Assembly (NCBI RefSeq): GCF_009914755.1 | Contig: NC_060929.1 | Origin: the human T2T-CHM13v2.0 reference genome, Homo sapiens | Direction: 5' to 3' (one strand) | Length of the DNA: 64,000 nucleotides | Shown here: piece after piece, positions 40,409 to 52,084 of the stretch | How the letters are laid out: every line of letters starts with the position of its first letter | Position numbering within the stretch: the stretch's first letter is position 1 | Notes under the pieces: generated by a model | Told to the model about the DNA's origin: nothing | The model's input: only the letters and a program-made list of their open reading frames with translations | The model's database searches: none | Made by a program: the position numbers and the translations under genes

Positions 40409-40989
40409 CTATCTGTCAGAGCCATTGAGAAAATGAATCTTGTTATTCTCAGGAACCAGCCGGAGGAACTTCAGCAAGAAACATGAAAATAAAGCACAGA
40501 GCACGGCCTCCTGACCAGTCAGCAGAGGGGAAAGTCCCCACCAAGTGTGGAGGGAGCATTCGAGCCCCGCTCCCTGCCAGCCCAGTGCTGGTGCAAAGGG
40601 GCTCTCAGAAAGTCACCCAAATTGCCTCTGACACTTCACCAATTAAAATGACTTTAGGACAAGTTGAAATCAACTTAGGGAGTGAAGCATTCTGATTTCT
40701 GAGACTCTCCCAAGGCAGCGGGGAAGGCAAGTGTCTGAGCAGGTTGTCACTCACTCAGGAGTAATGATGGGAAAATCCATCCCGGTAACGTGATTGAGTT
40801 TGGTGAATTAGTAAGGATGTTTACACTGTGTGCTGCAAGTTGGAGTGGGGCTGGCAGGGGTTTTGACACATGTGGCAGCTTCACTCCTAATGAGGTTCTC
40901 GGACTCCACACTCAGCCCGGCTGGACTTCAAGTCGGGCTGGGTCTTACCCTTCAGGTGAGTGGCTAAGGGCAGGGGTGGGCTCTGCAGG

Positions 40990-41420
40990 CAGACAGGACT
41001 GGGTTTAAGTTCTGACTCTGGTCACCACCAGCCCTGTGACCTTGGGCAAAGCTCTGTGCTTCTCTAAGCCTCAGTTTCCCCGTGTACACAATCTGCATTA
41101 TGATAGCACAATTCATAATGCTGGCTGTCGTAATGAGAAACATGAGATGAGCTATCTTTTTATTTTTTGTTCACCTCCACAGGCCAGCATGGCCACGGAG
41201 ATAAAGGAAAGCCAGGTTTATCTCTTCTCCCCTGGAGTATCTGTTCCCTTAAGAGCCAAGAAGAGACAAGGAAGGTGGGAACCTGCAGAAAACATAACCA
41301 CAGTTCTAGTCCTGACGATGCTTCTGCCTGGCTATGTGATCTCAAACAAGCCACTTAACCTCTCTGAGCCTTGTTTTCCTCATCTGTAAAATGGGATAAG
41401 CATGCAACTTCTCTGTGGGT
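40990..41420 (+). mobile_element. Two MIR fragments
   Basis: tgtgaccttgggcaaagctctgtgcttctctaagcctcagtttcccc and acaagccacttaacctctctgagccttgttttcctcatctgtaaaatggg. Confidence 0.8.
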
Positions 41421-43798
41421 ATCTGAACAGAACTTCTAAAAGTTCTGAGCAGACATTTGTTGGTATGCAAGGCAATGAGTGGCCTCTGGGAGAAAGTTTA
41501 GAGAGGGAGAATGAGAACAGGTTGCTCTTTCTGGTGACCATGGCTCCCTGATGGGGGAAGAGGATTTAAGGACTGACAGGGAGATTGTAAAACCTGAGGG
41601 AAAGAGGCAAGAGTGGGAGAGGATCCTGGAATTTATCAACTAGGCTTGCTGGGAACTCACCAGAGGAAATTACAGAGGACTACAGCATGAAAGACTGAAG
41701 TCAGACTGGAAACAGACTTCCAGGCAATCAGGCAACAACAGGCCTAGTCCTTCCTGATATCTTTGGCTGTACCTGAGTAAAACCCCAGGAAGGGACGCAC
41801 AGCCTGACTGTGCTGGAAGGAAGGCAGAAGGATGGACAGGGAGACCCTGAAGATGCTTCCGCAGGACCAGAGAAGGAGGCAGCGGAGGCACAGCAGTCCC
41901 TCCCCGAGGCTTTCTTTGAGCTTCATCCTCTGGAGGCCTTGTCGGAACCTACGGTGACCCTGAAGCAGGGGCCATGTCCTCACAGACATGCCCAGGTCAG
42001 CACTGGGCCACAGCTCTATTATTTAAGTGTTTCATAAAAGAGCAAACCTCCGGGGCTGGAAGAATGACCGGGATCCTGACTCTTCCTGCACAGGAAATGA
42101 AGTAGCTGTGTCCAAGCCCTGGCTTGACCTGCAGAGGACTCACCAGCTCTGGCAGAAGTTTCCCAGCCTGAGAGGGCCCTGCTGTGGCTGAGATGATGAC
42201 ACCTGGGCCCAGACTGGGTCCCTCCCCTCCACACAGAGCCAGGACCCACCGGTCCCTACACCCACTGCTTGTGGACTCTGCAGTGATTTTACTGTAATTT
42301 CCTCGTTGTTGCAGTTAATAGCATTAGTTTGTTAATTACTGTATATTTTAAAAGTAAGACGAAAGGGAATTCCCACTGGAGACTTGTTCTTGGCTGAAAC
42401 AATGTGATATGAGGGAAGGAAGAGTGTTCACGGGTAATGAGCTTGCCCTGCTGCTTTCTGTTCCCTTGACAGTGCCTGGGGCCAGAGATGGGGCTGCCAA
42501 GGTGGGAGGCAGGGGCCCCCCACAGAGCCCAAGCCCATCCCTGGAGGGAGTCCTCTGTAGCACCCCACTTAACCCCAAAACCTCTGCCCGGGTCTTCTAT
42601 CCCCAGCCCTGCACTATTGTCAGAGGGAGGCTTCAAGCCTCTAAGGAGGAGGGGTCTGCCTGAGGAGCCCTGGCACCGAGGGAACCAGACCAGAGTGAAA
42701 TAAGACACAAGGAAACCTGGCCTGTGACAAGGAGCATTGATTGAGTAGGATGGAATTTTTATTAGGAAACAGCTGGAATTTGGGGAGAGGCTGCTACATT
42801 TAAATTCATCCTGAGACTGCAGCCCTAGAGGGGAAATGGGAGTTGGGCAGGTGCGGCGGGGGGCGGGCAGGCACAGGTCTTGGCAGAGGCAGGAGCAGCA
42901 GCTTGTGGTTGTGCACAGAGATCTGGCTGAGGGGGACAAGCAGGGCCTGCCATTGAGCCCTGACGCTGCTGTCAGGGCTGTGGGCTGGGTCAGCTCAGAG
43001 GAAGGGTGCCTTTGGTAACTCATCCAACTGAAGGGGGTTGGTGTGTGCTCCTAAAGCCCTGCATGTTCAAGTTGCCCCCATTCTCCCCACCCAGAGCCAT
43101 AAGGGAATGGAGGCTGGGGCTGAGCCCCAGGACTCAGGAGGAGTTGGGGGCAGAGGCCGGAGAAGAGCAGATAGGGAGAGAGAGGGAGGAAGGGAGAGAG
43201 ACTTAAGACAGAGAAGGATGGAGGACTGAGAAAGAAGTTCATACAATCTACAGGAGCTGATTAAAATCCTGGAAGAAAATGTGATGGAAAGACTTTCTAT
43301 CTTTCTATTGAGACATTTAACCTAAAAGAAATGAGTTAAATAATTTATACAGAGAACGAGTGAAATTTGCTTTGATCAAATTAAAAAATATGACTCTGGA
43401 AGTAAAGTGTCCGCCACGTCCTTTCCAGGCAGCAGAAAGAGCTGCCGAGAAACAAAATGACAAAGACATAAAAATAACTAACCCTAACCCGGCGAATATT
43501 AGCACCATATTTTTTGGGAGATTACACGGCATCACCGTAGGCCAAGCAGAGAAATCCTCTCTAAGCACCAACAGGAGAGGTTTTGCTCATTGAGGAAGCC
43601 CCATAAAAGCCAAAAAACGGATAAAATTTTCCTTTGCAAAAGTGATCCGACTTCACTCAGGGGTTGGCCCAGAAGCCACAAGGGATCAAGTTAAATTTCC
43701 CATTTGTGCATTTCAAAAAAAGAAGAAAGCCGCTCAGCTCCCCTCCCCAATTCTGTGTTTCTTGAAGATTATTCCTCTCCCATTTACACCGCCCCCAC

Positions 43799-43800
<2 letters not shown>

Positions 43801-43830
<30 letters not shown>
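43801..43830. repeat. (CA)n microsatellite
   Basis: About 15 CA units. Confidence 0.95.
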
Positions 43831-43835
<5 letters not shown>

Positions 43836-44324
43836 CTGCCCTTTCTAAAAAAAATCCGGCAACACCTCATTCCATAAAAGTAAGTGTTCCGTTTCATCTC
43901 CTCTTAGGAAACATCACGGACAAGCTCCAAAACTCACAAGCTATAAGCATAAATGCCAGTGACTTAACCTCTTGGAGCCTCAGTTTGCTACTCTTTAAAA
44001 TGGGGCTAGCATCCACTGCACAGAGTCATGGTGAAGATTAAAACAGATGAATAGAACCTGGCAGATGGAATATTCAGTAAGTGTTATGAACACTGTCTTC
44101 CTCCTCGACCTAAAGAAATATCCAGCAAGTATAAACCAAAATGCCAGAGATCTCTACCCCAGCTCTACCCCCACCTGGAAAGCCCATGGTGGGAAACCAT
44201 TAGTCCAATCCTGGAGAAAATATTTTAGCTTCACGGACAGCAGTCTCTCTGACTTTGGGGGCCCACTTGACTAAAAAAACCACTTTTGTTTCCAAATAGC
44301 TGGGGAGAACATCCACAGATTAAA

Positions 44325-44530
44325 AGCAAGGGCTTCAGAGTCAGTACCAGGTTCAAATTCTGACTTCACCACTTACTTAGCTGTGTGACCATGGCCAAGT
44401 TAGCTTAATCACTCCAAGTGTTACTTCATCTGCAAGATGGAATAATAATGGAACAACTCTTATGGGATTGAACAAGATAAGGGATGTAAACAGGGTACCT
44501 ACTGTATAGTAAAAGTTCAATAAATGACAA
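44325..44530 (+). mobile_element. MIR SINE
   Basis: ggttcaaattctgacttcaccacttacttagctgtgtgaccatggccaagttagcttaa...catctgcaagatggaataataat. Confidence 0.8.
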
Positions 44531-44829
44531 CAGATATTATTTTTTGCAATGACCTTGGGAGAGACATTCAAGGTCACTGTGATTTTTCTTCTCAAACCTT
44601 CAGTAATGGTTTCTGATCCCCAGATGAGAGGAGGGCCTAGCTGGCCTCTGTTCCGGCTGCACCACAGGAAGGACTGTGGTCAGCATTGGAGCCACCTTTA
44701 CTGGTTCTCTGACACACCCCGGTGGCACTGAGCAGGGGAACTAGGATGAAGGAAGGGCTCAGCCCACTGACGCATGAGGCCTGGAGGAAGGATGGGGAAG
44801 GTTAGCTTGAGACCGAAGGTGTCATCAGG

Positions 44830-45040
44830 AAGCTGGAATGGCAGCCTTCAGATTTCCAAAGGTCTGGCATTTGCCAAAGGAAGGCTGAAAGTGAATATGA
44901 ACTCCTACTGAAGAAGCTCTCTTTGAAGTAATATAAAAGGCTGCCTCCATAGCCAGTGAGCTCCCTGTCCCTGGGAGTATGTAAATAGAGCCTCAGGGCA
45001 ATACAGAAGGGCTTTGAGCATCCACTGAGGATTGCAATAG
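44830..45040 (+). mobile_element. L3/CR1 3' fragment
   Basis: ggctgcctccatagccagtgagctccctgtccctgggagtatgtaaatagag resembles the CR1/L3 3' end. Confidence 0.55.
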
Positions 45041-46349
45041 GTGCTCTCCGTGTGGCTGTCAGAGTCTGCCAAGAGGGCTCTGAAACTACTCAGCCTGTTT
45101 GGTCTCGGGTTTTCTGCTTCTGCCTTTCTTCTCTGTGATCCTCCTTCTTTTCCTTCTCTATGGAATTATCTTCCTTCTCCCCACCGCATCCCTCTGAGGA
45201 CCCCTGCAAAAAGCAAAGACCATATGGAGATAGAGTCTGTGCATATTGCAGGTTTGTTTGGTTGAATGGTGTGAAGATGAAGGAGAGTCAGGTGATGGAG
45301 AGGCAGGTGATGTATGTATGTGTGTGTGTCTGTGTGTGAGAGAGAGAGAGAGAGGGGGAGATTGGAAAAGGAGGAAGAAGAAACAGAGAAAACAGGGAGA
45401 TACAAAGAGAGGAAGAAGCAAGATAGAGAAGAACAGATGAACAGAAAAAGGGGAAAAAATCAGAGAAAAATGCTGAGGAAGAAAAACAAAAATGAGAGAC
45501 AGGCGATTGAGGGAAGGAGAGCACAGCTAAGGTGGAGAGTGGCGGTAGCCCTGCACCTGCAGCTGTTGGTGCAGCTGGGTGGTGGGTGGGCCCAGAGCAC
45601 ACGCGTGTGCATACAGAAGTCGAGCCGCTGAGCCACTGTCAGTGCAAGAATGTCAGCCCTGGGATGGGGATGAGCCGGCTTTTATCTCTTCCGGCTGTGC
45701 AGGATTTACAAGCTTTTGAAACGCAGGATTAATAAGAAGAGGCCGGTGTTTTAATCTATAATGGAACAGAAAGTATCATTATTGTTAAATAATGCACAGC
45801 CTGTCGTTTATTAAGAATTAATGGTTTATCGAGTGCTCAGGTTGCTGCAGCCGCCTCTGCCCTTCCAGGCCTGGGCTCCTAGCCACTGGCCTGGACTGAC
45901 CGGCCACGAGCAGGCTGGAAGGGTAGCAGCCAGCTGGTCAGCCTGGGATGGAGAGGCTCTGGCTCTGGTTCAGAGGCTTGGCCTCTCTCAGTGGTCCACC
46001 CTTGCTCAGGCTGGGGGTGGGAAGGGCTAGAGTGGAGGGAGAAGTTATGGGGTGTGAACCCCACCTCATTTCTTCAGCCTGGATCCATCAACCCCTTCTG
46101 AGGAGACAAAAGAAGAAGCATCCTCACCGCATGGGACCTACCCATTCTGCTTCTTTTTCTAAGCCTATAAAGTTTAGTTTCCCCCTCTCATGTTTAGTCC
46201 TCTGGAGGTGGTGACAACACAGATTCAGGGAGACAGGAGTCCCTTCTTTCTCCTTCTCCCCTCTGGGTCCTGGAGTGATGGATCACACACTTCCCAGAAG
46301 GAGAAACAGAAGCATCTGCAAAGGCACCCTGGCGAGAAGGGAACCACAT

Positions 46350-46540
46350 TTCCTGAGAACTTTCTCTGTGCCAGTTGTTCCATAGATATCATCTCACTGT
46401 AATCTGTATCATCACCCTAGGTGGTACTATTGTCTCCATTTTATAGATGGAAAAACTGAGGCTTGGGGAAATTAAATCATCTGCATAAGGCCACAATACA
46501 GATGGCAGAACTGGACTATACTATTTTATTTCAAAGCCCT
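46350..46540 (-). mobile_element. MIR SINE
   Basis: tgtctccattttatagatggaaaaactgaggcttggggaaattaa. Confidence 0.7.
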
Positions 46541-47789
46541 TTTCACTCCACACATTGGGGCAACTACTCTGGGCTTCCCCGTTGTCTCAAAATGAATGAC
46601 CTCAGAGACAGCATTTGAGAATTCCTAAGGGTCTCTGCATCTGTCATATGGAAATGCAACTACAATGATGCACCAAGCAACAGCAGACCTAGCATCTCCA
46701 CCAGCCAGGAAAACAGAGTCATGGATGGCAATCCAGGAGCCTGCCACTCCACTCAGCACCACAACCGGGCTCCATTCTTGGGCTCTTGTGACACAGAACT
46801 CCCTGCCCTCCCCAGTCACCAATCTGCATGGTTTGGGTCTTCAGCCAGAAATACTCAGGTCCAGACACAGAAGCTGACCATATGCCCACCGTATCTGAGG
46901 CAAGAATCAGAGCTGTGTGACTTTGGGGAAGTTACTCAACCTCTCTGGACCTCTGTCAAATAGTAATAGTGCCTGTCTCAAAGGATTATTGAAAGTACTA
47001 AATGGGGTCATCCATGAAGGAGTTTGGCACAGACTCCACTGTGAGCACTCAGTGTTGATATTGAGGAAGAGGTGTGGCATTGATTCCAGCAGGAGAGTTC
47101 TCCCGCTACAGCCCAGCATTTCTCACCTCATTCATTCAATCCACAAACACGTGTGAGCACGGACTATGTGACAAGCACACACCTCCTGAGCGCTTGTGCT
47201 GGGCATAGAGGTGAGCTAGTCAGAGGCTGTGCCTATTTCCCAGACACTCTATCCCTCATCGTACCCTTCTTAACCGCCCTCTCTCCCACGCCATCCTTCT
47301 TCATCTCACTCCATCTTAGCTCCCATCCCAATTTCTCATCTCCACCTTCTTCCTGCATCCCATGCTCCTCTCCACCTTGCACCTTCCACCAGCTCCCTCC
47401 CTCTCCCCATCCCAGCCTCTTCTCCAGGCGCAGGTCTCTACCTTCCATTTCCTCCAACTCATCCCTTCCTCCCCCTGGCCTCATTCCCATCTCCTTCCTC
47501 ATTCCCCTTTTCATTTCTCCATCCCCAACCTGGACTCCACTCCCATCCATCCCCATCTCACCCCAGTCTCCCACCCGATTCCCATTCTAGTCTTTCCCTG
47601 CCATTTTTCTTCTTTACCCCATCTCCATCTCTCCCTTTCCTCAGCCCCAGCCCCAGAACTCCAACCCTTCTGATTAGAGGGGCCCAGTGGAACCCATGGG
47701 GGAGGGGACACTGCCCCCAGAGGCCACTATGGGAAGGTGCATTCCAGGAGACGAACCCCAAGTCCCCGAGAGCTGGTGCAGCCCCATAA

Positions 47790-48215
47790 CCTGCAGTTGG
47801 CAGAGTCGGGGAGGGCGGCGACTGGGCAGCAAGCAAGCTCCTCGCTCCCTGCCCCCATCCGTCCCCCTCTCCTCCGGGCGGGCCACCACGCTGGGACCTC
47901 GGCCCACAGCCCGGCTCCTCACGCGGCTCCTGTTTTATTAACCTGACTGTCGGGGCTCTCGCCACTGAATAGGGCCTGTCGCGGGGGCTAAGGGGGTGGG
48001 GGGGCCTGGGCTTTGCCGTAGATCACCATGGAAACGGCAGCCTCGGCCAATCAGTGGACAGGCAGCACCGAGTGCAGCAGGCAGCTTGGTCTCCGAAGCC
48101 TCGTGCAGCCGCAGGCTGACTCCTGCCTGACAGGCCTTCCACAGCCCCTGCGGTGGGAGAGGATAAGAGCGGGGACAAGACCCTAGGAGAGGGGGCAGAC
48201 GCGCAGGAGTGGTGG
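47790..48215. promoter_or_regulatory. Small CpG-rich promoter/enhancer-like region
   Basis: Local CpG enrichment, GC box GGGCGG, RFX-like ATCACCATGGAAAC (48022-48035), NF-Y consensus GGCCAATCAG (48045-48054) and G-runs at 47980-48010. Confidence 0.55.
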
Positions 48216-48361
48216 GTAGTATGAGGCCAGGGGACACTGAGGGTTGGACTAGAAGATGGGAAGAGACTGGGGAAGGGGATCAGGGACTCCTGGGGTGGGG
48301 TTTTGGAGGAGCCCGGGGCAGGGGGCTGCATTTCTCCCCAGCTGCAGTTCTCTGCCTAAGC

Positions 48362-48578
48362 CAAGGTTTCTCAGCCTCAGCACTATTGACATTTGGGACC
48401 AGGTGCTTCTTTGTTGTGCGGGCTGTCCTGTGCACCGTAGATTGTTTAGTTGCATCCCTGGCCTCTACCCACTAGAAGCTAGCAGCATCCCCCCACCCCT
48501 AGTTGTGACAACCAATGTCCCCAGACATTGCCAAATGTCCCTTGGGGGGAAAAAACCACCCCTGGGTGAGAGCTACTG
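48362..48578. mobile_element. MER20 hAT-Charlie element
   Basis: tttctcagcctcagcactattgacatttggg...ggctgtcctgtgcaccgtag...catccctggcctctacccactaga...ccagacattgccaaatgtccc. Confidence 0.93.
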
Positions 48579-48854
48579 GTCCAGGCACTCATAGGGCAGT
48601 GGTCACTGTTTATGAAACGTGCTCTCTCTGAGCTGGCTTCTCTAGGGAAGAAGGAAGGAGGAAGAAGAAGATGAATAGGAGTGGGAGTGAAAGAGAAAGG
48701 AAGAGGAGGAGGAGCAGGAGGAGGGAGCCCAAGGCAGGGTTCCAGGTGGGTGGGAGAGCCTCTGGAAATAGGGATGTAGGAGAGAGACGCCCCAGGAGGG
48801 AGACATAGGGCTGCCATTTTGTGCTGCAAGAATGAAATAAAGTAAGGTTCCTAA

Positions 48855-49612
<758 letters not shown>

Positions 49613-49699
49613 CAGATTGAATTTTTATTTTCTCCAGGACTGCTCGTCACTTTGCTTCTACCTCCATGCTAGTACTCAGCACCTTGGTTCACCTACTAA

Positions 49700-49940
49700 C
49701 AATAGTTCCCTTTAGTGAGGGTTTCCTGTGTGCCAGATGCTGCAGCAAAGGCCTTAAGCATGCTTTCTCATTTAATCCTCCTCACAGCTCCCTGCATCTC
49801 CAGTACTATTATCATTTTACAGATAAGGAAACTGAGACACAAATTAAGTAACTTGCACAAGGTCACTCACCCAGTTAGAAATAGTAAAGTGAGGATTCAA
49901 GCCCAGGTTTTCCTGACTTCGGTGCATGTGTTTTAAGCCT
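49700..49940 (-). mobile_element. MIR SINE
   Basis: cattttacagataaggaaactgagacac...aagtaacttgcacaaggtcac. Confidence 0.8.
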
Positions 49941-50270
49941 CTGTTAGTGTCCATCTCCCCCATTAGATTCAAAATCGCTGGCAATGCCTAGCACAGTGCT
50001 GGCGAGTAGTAGGCACTTGAGAGCTGTTTTGAATTGGCTGGTGGTCTCTGGAAAGGTCTGCCTGGGCAGCTGAGAAGGAGGGACTGAATTGGCAGTGCCA
50101 GGGTGTTGAGTGCCCTCTAAAGGCCCTCAGGTTTTGCTGGGGCCTGGATGAGCTGGGCCAACCTCATGAAAGGCAAATGCCACTGAGGCTACATCTCAGC
50201 CACACTACCTTACTGGGCCACCTTGGGTCTCTGGACTGACCTGTCCCTCAACCCCATGGATGCTGGGCCA

Positions 50271-50289
50271 TGGCCCCCCCTAGTGGCCA
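50271..50289 (-). promoter_or_regulatory. Candidate CTCF site
   Basis: Reverse complement TGGCCACTAGGGGGGGCCA versus consensus TGGCCACCAGGGGGCGCTA (16/19). Confidence 0.45.
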
Positions 50290-50842
50290 GAGGGTCATGG
50301 TAGCGGTGGTGTGGGATGGGAGTGAGGGCAGCTGGAGATCTCACAAACAGCCCAGTGGGCTTCCTTCCCTCTGAGCCCTATTCCTAGGTTCCAAGCTCTC
50401 TGAGGAATTGGAGCCAGATGCCTCAGGAAACTGTCATTGTGGAGCCTGGCCCCTAACCGAGGCCTAGAGAATGAAGCAAACCCCCTTTTTCCCCATTACT
50501 CCCCTCCACCCAGTAAGAGCCCCTTTCCCTCCTGCCCCATTTGAAATGAAGGGGGTAGTGTTGGCAGACAACTTCCATCACAGCCCGCCTCCCACCAGGG
50601 TTGATTCCACCCCCATCCCTGCCTTACATTCCACAGAAAAGGGTTTGAGGCTGAGGGTTGTCTGACAGGAAGCATCGCATGATGCTGCTTCCCACCCAGG
50701 TTAAGGTTTTGATCTGGAATCCAGGAGCTAGAGTCCCAGGGGGCTTACATCAGAGCTGCTCCCCGACCCCAGACACGCATACACCACCCGCCTCCCCCAG
50801 GAGGCACCTCAGCTTTGAAGGCAGGGCTCCTGACAGGCTGCC

Positions 50843-50856
50843 GTTCCCATGGCAAC
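50843..50856. promoter_or_regulatory. RFX X-box
   Basis: GTTCCCATGGCAAC, one base from the RFX palindrome GTTGCCATGGCAAC. Confidence 0.6.
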
Positions 50857-51954
50857 CCCATCCCAGGCTGCCCTACCCAGCACTTCCTTCCACCCCCCTT
50901 CCTCCACCCTGAACCCGCATCACCTTCATTCATAGAACAAGAGCTGCTTCACATTGGCAAAGTGGACACCCCTTCCCCCAGTTCTCTCCCTTTTTTTCTT
51001 CCTCTTCTTATTCAATGGAGAACCCAAAACCAGAGAGAGAGAAATGGATGGCAAGAGTAGGACTAAGGTGGATGAGGGGTAGGACAGGAATGGGAAGGAG
51101 CCATGGCTCAGTGCCTTCTGCCAACCTGTGGACCCCCCAACTCCAAGGCTCCAGTGTCTACTCTCATTCCCAGATCTGTCTCAGTTCATGGATCTGTGCC
51201 TCTCCCAGCTCTATCTCTGTGGAGATCCAAGACCTAGCCAGGCTGTCTGATGGCCTTATGGCTCCAAGCATAGCAGGGCCAGGTCCCAGCCTCCAGGCCC
51301 AGGTCTCCAGCCACCAGCCAAACTGTAGCTCAGAGGCAAGGTGCAACAACTGGGCTCTGGAACTCAGCCTAGGAGTACTGAGGCTGCTCCTGTCCCTAAC
51401 TCTGGTGCCCCTCCAGCATAAGACACTACCTTGCAGAGGTCACTGGGGAGTGAGGGGACTCTAATTTACAGTAGGATTGTGGGAAGGGCTAGAGGGGAGT
51501 CTCAGACTCCAGCCCTGGTTAAACAATGCAACTTCTCCTGCTGGGAGAAGGAAACTTGGCTTTTGGACCATTGGCAGGTGCTGTTGGAAAGTCAGGACAG
51601 GCATCAATCCCATCTCTGCAGGAGGTGCTGAGCAATGGTCAGCAACTCAGCTTCAGAATCAACCAGCCTGGATTTGAATTATCATGCCCTAATTTATTCA
51701 CTGTGTGATGCCTACCTTCTCCAAGACTTGCTTTCCATATATGAAAAATGGAGATAGTAATTATATATAGGTATATGACCAATATTTATAAGCTCTACCA
51801 CCCTTCCAGAGACAGTGCTTGAGATGTAATCTCGTTTAATCCTCATAACAGCCCAGTGAGGTAGATATTATTATTACTATATCTAGTTTATCCTACAGAG
51901 AGGAAACTGAGGCTCAGAGATGTTAAGGTGGTTAAGGTGACCCAGCTATGGGAC

Positions 51955-52084
51955 TTTTTCTTTAACAGACAGGGTCTTGCTATGTTGCCCAGGCTGTTCT
52001 CGAACTCCTGGGCCCAATCAATCCTCCCGCCTCAGCCTCCCAAGAAGCTGGGACTACAGGTGTGCAGTACCACTGTGCCTGGCT
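51955..52084 (-). mobile_element. FLAM monomer inserted in MIR
   Basis: gacagggtcttgctatgttgcccaggctg...cagcctcccaagaagctgggactacaggtgtg, flanked by antisense MIR (gaggaaactgaggctcagaga). Confidence 0.85.

Noticed and set aside
41770-41995. Acidic + strand frame (DGQGDPEDASAGPEKEAAEAQQSLPE) ending at CAG|GTCAGC
   Set aside because: It looks exon-like, but the donor is weak, there is no clear acceptor, and I recognise no homologue.
42289-43023. Longest ORF (244 aa, minus strand)
   Set aside because: Non-ATG start, composition typical of random GC-rich sequence, no motif and no exon structure.
43475-43490. Telomere-like TAACCCTAACCC
   Set aside because: Only two units, which is expected by chance.
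44224-44244. REST/NRSE-like TTTAGCTTCACGGACAGCAGT
   Set aside because: The right half-site is good, but the left half (CAGCACC) has three mismatches.
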